DNA of 64,000 nt from Klebsormidium nitens (taxonomy: Eukaryota; Plantae; Klebsormidiophyceae), in NCBI GenBank assembly GCA_000708835.1, contig DF237055.1, positions 133,758 to 197,757 on the forward strand, read 5' to 3'. The translations under genes and the position numbers were made by a program. The notes under the pieces are model-generated. The model was not told the DNA's origin. It saw only the letters and a program-made list of their open reading frames with translations, and ran no database searches. Position 1 is the first letter of the stretch. Each line of letters opens with the position of its first letter. Below, in pieces: positions 58,732 through 64,000 of the stretch.

Positions 58732-60090
58732 TTGCAACATTGCACTCCGCTCACAACCAAACGAGCTCTTGCAGAGAAAAGGAAAAAAGACAATTGTTGC
58801 AACACCCAGGGCTCAGAGGCAGGTGACTCACTTCCAGAGTCTGCCCCCCACATAAGCAAGGAACAGAATCCCAATGACAGACTTGAGCTGGAGCGACGCA
58901 GTCATTCTAGTGGTTTGCTGCAACGTAGACCACATAACCCATTAAACGGGATGCACGAAAGCACAATGGCTGCTGAGAAGATCTCTCTGATGCAATCAGG
59001 GTTATGAAGTGGAAGGAAGCTACAGGAACATGCAGAAGACTTGGAAGATCACCGGACTCCTACTTGAGACTAGAGTCAATGAGAAAGGAGAGGATTGATA
59101 AGACTTCTGCAAGAATGACTTTGAAAAGAAAACCAACTTTGATACATTTATCACTGCGTTGAAAGAAGCTAACCAACAGTCATCACAACCAAAGCGCTGT
59201 CTCCTGAAGATAGTACTATGAGAGAGGATGTTTTCGATCTGATTGATGCAAAAAAAGAACTTTCAGAGAAGGGCGTTGTCCAGTCTTGCTGATGGGAACA
59301 CAAGCAAACGTCGTAGGCAATCATGAACAAGGGTTTAGAGATCCATACAACTTAAGTTGCAAAGTTCTAGCATATCTGGCGTAAACATCACCTCAAGCAC
59401 ACCCTAAACTCCAGCTTTTGACTTCTATTTGCACAATCTGTTGAGTTCACTCAACCCCAGCGCTTACTTACCCTAGGGACAAGAAACCAGCATATCTGAC
59501 AGCGGCAATAGCAGCATTGCAGTGGAACTCAACCAAGAAGCCTACAAACCAGCCCTTTGCTATCCAACGACAGAAAAAAAGCAGATCATTCAGTTTTAAC
59601 AGCACTTTCGCAGCATTGCTCAACCAGGAAGCCAGGTCAACAGCAAGGGATAAAGAGATGGCCGCTTGGACGACATCAATGGCAGAGACCCTTCCTTGAT
59701 GCTTATGGCGGACAAGCCAAAAGGCCTTACCTTCTGGACTGGTGGTCAAAGCCAGACTTCCTGCTGCCTTGATAAGTTCCTTTCCTGGTGGAAACTCTTT
59801 CTGATGGCGGTGACCAAGTAAAGACTCTTGGCAACGTGCTCTGTCTGCATGCAGAAGTACTTAGCAAGCCAACAGTAAAGGGTGGTACAAACGAGCGTCT
59901 ACATGTCACATCTCTGGAAACAGAACAAACTGCTGTTCTTGAAAGTGCCGCAGAGGCTTGGCCACAGGAGAGCAGGACGGGCATCGTTTTCAGATGAAGG
60001 CGCTACAAGCTTTTCAATGGACGTCAAGCTCGGCGCTGTTCACATGTTGTCAACAACCAGTGGCTCCTGCATGATAGTAATTGATACCTG
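58732..60090 (+). pseudogene. Possible heavily decayed coding relic of unknown identity
   Basis: Several ORF fragments with protein-like composition (58732-59007, 59557-59772, 59788-59997) separated by many stops; no recognisable motif. Confidence 0.2.
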
Positions 60091-60829
60091 AAGCTCTACT
60101 TCATGCTTGAAAGCCTCCCGCCGCGCGGCGCGGCCGCCAGCCCGGCTGTGCGCGGACCCGATGGCCGCGGACGTGGACGTCCGGGCACGTACTGGCAAAA
60201 TTTCGCGCGATGGTCAGAATACGTCGCCGGGAGACACGGAGCTATAGTCTATCATGGCCGATCGAGGAGAGGGAATCTGCTCGGACTTCCTGATGCTTGT
60301 TGAGACTCTATTTTGTCTTCGAATCGACTCACACATGCGCTGGCACTACGCCACTTTGCGTCGACGGTCGACGGTCCTCTAAGCGAGATTTTGGTCTTCA
60401 AGCACAGTGGCACGCTGCAAGCTCTGGGTACCACAAGAAAAGGATCGTTACATGCGTCATGTGACCGAGACTCAACCATGTCGGTCGATTCCAAGTAGCA
60501 TGCGAAGGTTACGGTGATGAATGTGTTCATCAACAACGCACGTAACAGCTTCCGCGGGGCTCCGATCGCAGATCATTCAAAAGTGCAAGCCAGCTCTGTG
60601 TCCCAGCCTATACTACAGACGGCTTTCCGGCCTTACTAAGGTCGCAATTAGTTGCAGATTGATTGTAAGAAGATTGCAACGAGCGGGCCAGCCACTGTAG
60701 ACGTTATGCTTGTGTTGCGGATTGGTCGGGGCTTCGCACGATTCCGGGTTTCACAATCTTATAAGCGTCTGAATTTGGCAGCCGGCCTACATATCGTTTA
60801 CCTGCAAATTACTTTGGTCGAGCTGGTTG

Positions 60830-63800
60830 CTAGCGCGCATGCCGTATGAGGTACAGTTCCAATCTCACGTCTCTCATCTCGTCTTCATAGTGCGCCATGA
60901 TGCTCTCCGTCGCTGTTCTTCTCAAGTCTCTCTGTTGTTCTTCGACAACAGAACAGTCAAGAAGTTCACACGCAACACTTTCACTTATACAAGTGCCCTC
61001 TTCCACTCCCAGACCATCTATCGCAACCACTCGATGACTGAAACCCCCTGTTCTTAATAACTCTCGAAACCTTTCGACGCCAGCGCGATGGTGTGAATGC
61101 GGATTAACAATGATGGCTAACCCGTTCGGACGCAAGAATCGTTTCAATACGGCGAGGACGCCGTCAGCCATCCCCTCCTCGTGCACTACGTCACTCCCCA
61201 GAACCACGTCGAATCTGTTCCCGGTTGAAACCCCCTGGTTCTCCTCAGTATCTTGGCCATCCTTGTTCGTTCCCTCGGTTGGCGCCCCTGAGAAAACGTC
61301 CAGGGCAAGTTTCACAAACATTCAAGGGTGCGGACGATGTTTGATCTCCGACCAACGATTCCAGCGAAGTAAAAGAAGCCGTCCCCGACTGCAACATTTG
61401 ACCACTGTGTTCTGTGACGCACCAGTCGACCTTTCGGAAACGAGGCTTACAGTTTGCTGTCACCGGACAGGAACGAAGCTCAAATCGCTTTGAAGGGCAA
61501 CGATGCAAGTCAGCACCGACAATGAGCTGCGGCATAATTCGTCCTGTCAGACCATTACCCAAAGCAGCCGGAAAAAGTACGAACTTGTCGTGTTCGCTTA
61601 CCAGCTTCGTGCTCGTCCTTCGGAAGGTCGTACCAGTCGAGCACCTTCGAGGTGCAGAAGCGGCCATCCGCCCTGCAGATTAAAGGAGAGGAGACCCATT
61701 TTTGACGACTAGCTTGAGTGCACTCGTCCAGCGGTTGCCCTTCCAGGTCGACGCGTCAGGAAGTCCGAAAAGATTGGTGCTTCTTCGTTCGCTTATTGCA
61801 ATGAACCTGATTTCCATAGCGGAGTGACGTGATTGAAATGCTTAACTGTAGACCGTGGCATAAGTTCGAGAAGCACGGAACAAACTTGCTCGATTCGAAA
61901 GCCAGGGATGGCGCTGCCAGCTTCGCTTCTCTCGCAACATTGTATACTTGTACATAAAACGGCGCTTCCACAGCCTTCTATCCCTGCCCTGCTGACTCGA
62001 CGACCTTGCTCTTTCTTTTGGTACCAAAGTGCAGAACTTCGGCACCCCAGGATCCTGCCTCCAGATCGTCCGGAAGTGTGCTTCCTGCAAAGTCTGAGTA
62101 TCAATACAGATGACGTGCCACAACGAAGGATTTTAACCGATTACGCGTCTTCTGTCGCCCTCAGAAATGTCGAAGTCGGATATATAAAGAATGGCGACTC
62201 TGGGATCATGTGCATAGCACGAGACGGTCATTGACGCGCAATTGATCACATACGCTAACCGTCACTTTGGACAGACGTCGGACAGAAATGTAGCACTGGA
62301 TGCAAAACCCTGTGCGAACTCGATTCAAGGGCTAGCAAACACACTGGGTTCGTTCCATCGAAGGGACTAGATTAGAAAAGAAGACAGTTGCGCTTTTGTC
62401 GAAGTATCTTTGAAGGCATCGAACTAAAACCAGTCGATGCGCTCACAGCGCTCGACTTCTGGCTTCACTCAGTACCGTTAAATGTGATATCTGCTTGACA
62501 GTCATGCCCCTCTTTCAGCAAGTAAGAAAATGTCTGACACCAGTATTTGATATAATAGGAAACAAGCATCACTGACCCCTAGTACAAACCGGGGCGAACA
62601 GCAGATTATATTCCGATATTGCTAAGTACTTGACGTGGCCACAATCGGGTTTAATATCGCTCTCACCAAGGAATAGAAACACTGACCTGAGAAGATGCCT
62701 GTTGCAGCGCACGTTATACTCCAGGTTCCTCACGATTTACCGGGTCAAAGTCGGTCAGGACCACCGAGCTTGCGTACCGCCCCGCCACAATCCCGCACAG
62801 CCCAAGCCCCGACCCAATCTCCAGGACGCTTTTGCCCGCGATTGCTGTCCGTTCGTTTCGTACGATCCAGCGGCTGAGAGCGATTGCAGATACCCACAGT
62901 ATGTTGCCAATCTTCTTGTGGCCGTCCACGAGTTCGCGGATCTTGCGGAGGCGGATTCGCAAGGTCTGAGAATCTTTGAGGGAACTCGACTGGGGGGGCT
63001 TGCGTTTTGGAGAGTGGAGAAAGGTGGACTGAGCGAATCTGAGGGATCCAAGATCCACCAAGATGAACGGGTCTGCATACGGGGTGTCAAGCCGTTTGGC
63101 GGTCATGGGAAAGGAGACCCCATGGGGACAGTGGTTGATGCAAGCTTCAATTGCTTGAGCGGCCGCCTGCATATACACTTGTCTTCATCAGTAACCTTGT
63201 TCTGAAGCACTCTTCCACACACCTGTACAACCGTTGAAGGAAGCTGGGAGACTGAACTTGAAGTGCTCATGGAGTCAAACCCACCTGTTAAAAAGTAGCA
63301 GAGTGAAAAGAGAGGCAACAAACATGGAGCCTGAAGTTCCGAATCTGCCTTCATCCCTCCCTTCAAAGCAGGGTGCATTATGTTGCCTTCAAAATTGCCT
63401 TCAAAATTCTGTTCGGACCAGGACGAAAACTACTTTGTGTTTGGTCTGCACAATCAGCTGGGCTATGTGCACTGAGTCTGAAGGACTGCGTCTTGGCCAC
63501 CAGCACAATGGAATTGTCACCAACCTAAGGGCAGCTCAAAAGAGACCATCTGCCTTTCCTTTTTCCCTTCAACACAGAGGAGAAACAACTGCTGATGAAC
63601 GTCCCAGCAGACTTGACCACGAAAAAATGTTAGCAGACTCAAGAAGATTGAGGCGCACGTATCTGACAAGCGCGGGTCTGACCTGTAACCATGGTGGTTG
63701 CAGACTCTTGAGACGGACACACCCACATTTGCATATTGCAGAGGTTCTGAGGTCGTTATCACTGATAGAAGCAAGTCAGCAGGCACCAATCTATCAAATG

Positions 63801-63998
63801 TTGATTTGTGCAAGGCTCAGAGATCTCGTCGTCTGTTGACATAAGCTGCCTGTGCAGCTCATTGTGAATGCCAGCCAGCCCCATGTGCACCACCACCTCC
63901 TCATCATTGGCAACGGCTGAGCAGATCAAGGAGAGCGCTCTGCAGACGCGCTTTTCATCGCTGCACCTCAGTTCCACTAACAGATCTTTGAAGGGCAT
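60830..63998 (-). CDS. METTL21/Methyltransf_16-like SAM-dependent protein methyltransferase with N-terminal helical region; apparent +1 frameshift
   Basis: IGNILWVSAIALSRWI, VLEIGSGLGLCGIVA, VVLTDFDP, NLEYNVRCN, KVLDW, FDVVLGSDVVH. Exons include ~63169-62687, 61672-61602 and 61287-60830. One extra A at 62736-62738. First exon boundary uncertain; start may lie beyond the window. Confidence 0.8.
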
Positions 63999-64000
63999 GG

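Overview
Intron-rich eukaryotic genomic DNA (GT-AG introns, GC-rich exons). The gene set combines a flagellar IFT gene with streptophyte-type genes (LHW-family bHLH, OSB-type organellar SSB), so I infer a flagellated streptophyte alga such as Klebsormidium; the organism is not proven. Genes I could splice by hand, in order: a tandem multi-ubiquitin-like gene (-, 3' end outside the window); IFT70/TTC30 (-, 12 exons, ~680 aa); a disrupted MLKL-like 4-helix-bundle / TKL kinase / SEL1 / LRR gene (+); an OSB-type SSB with PDF motifs (-, 9 exons, ~489 aa); NOC2 (+, 12 exons, ~894 aa) with five box C/D snoRNAs plus one degenerate copy in intron 2; an LHW-family bHLH (+); a DUF427 protein (-); and a METTL21-like methyltransferase (-, one apparent frameshift). 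Three things stand out. (1) Many introns hold serial, decaying copies ('echoes') of the adjacent exon edge and its splice site, and these differ from the live exon mostly by synonymous changes. (2) The MLKL-kinase-SEL1-LRR gene looks like an immune-receptor architecture with a hypervariable LRR face. (3) The snoRNA paralogues share one guide but have diversified the second. No CRISPR array, rRNA gene or intact transposase was seen. All family assignments come from recalled motifs and hand translation, not database searches.
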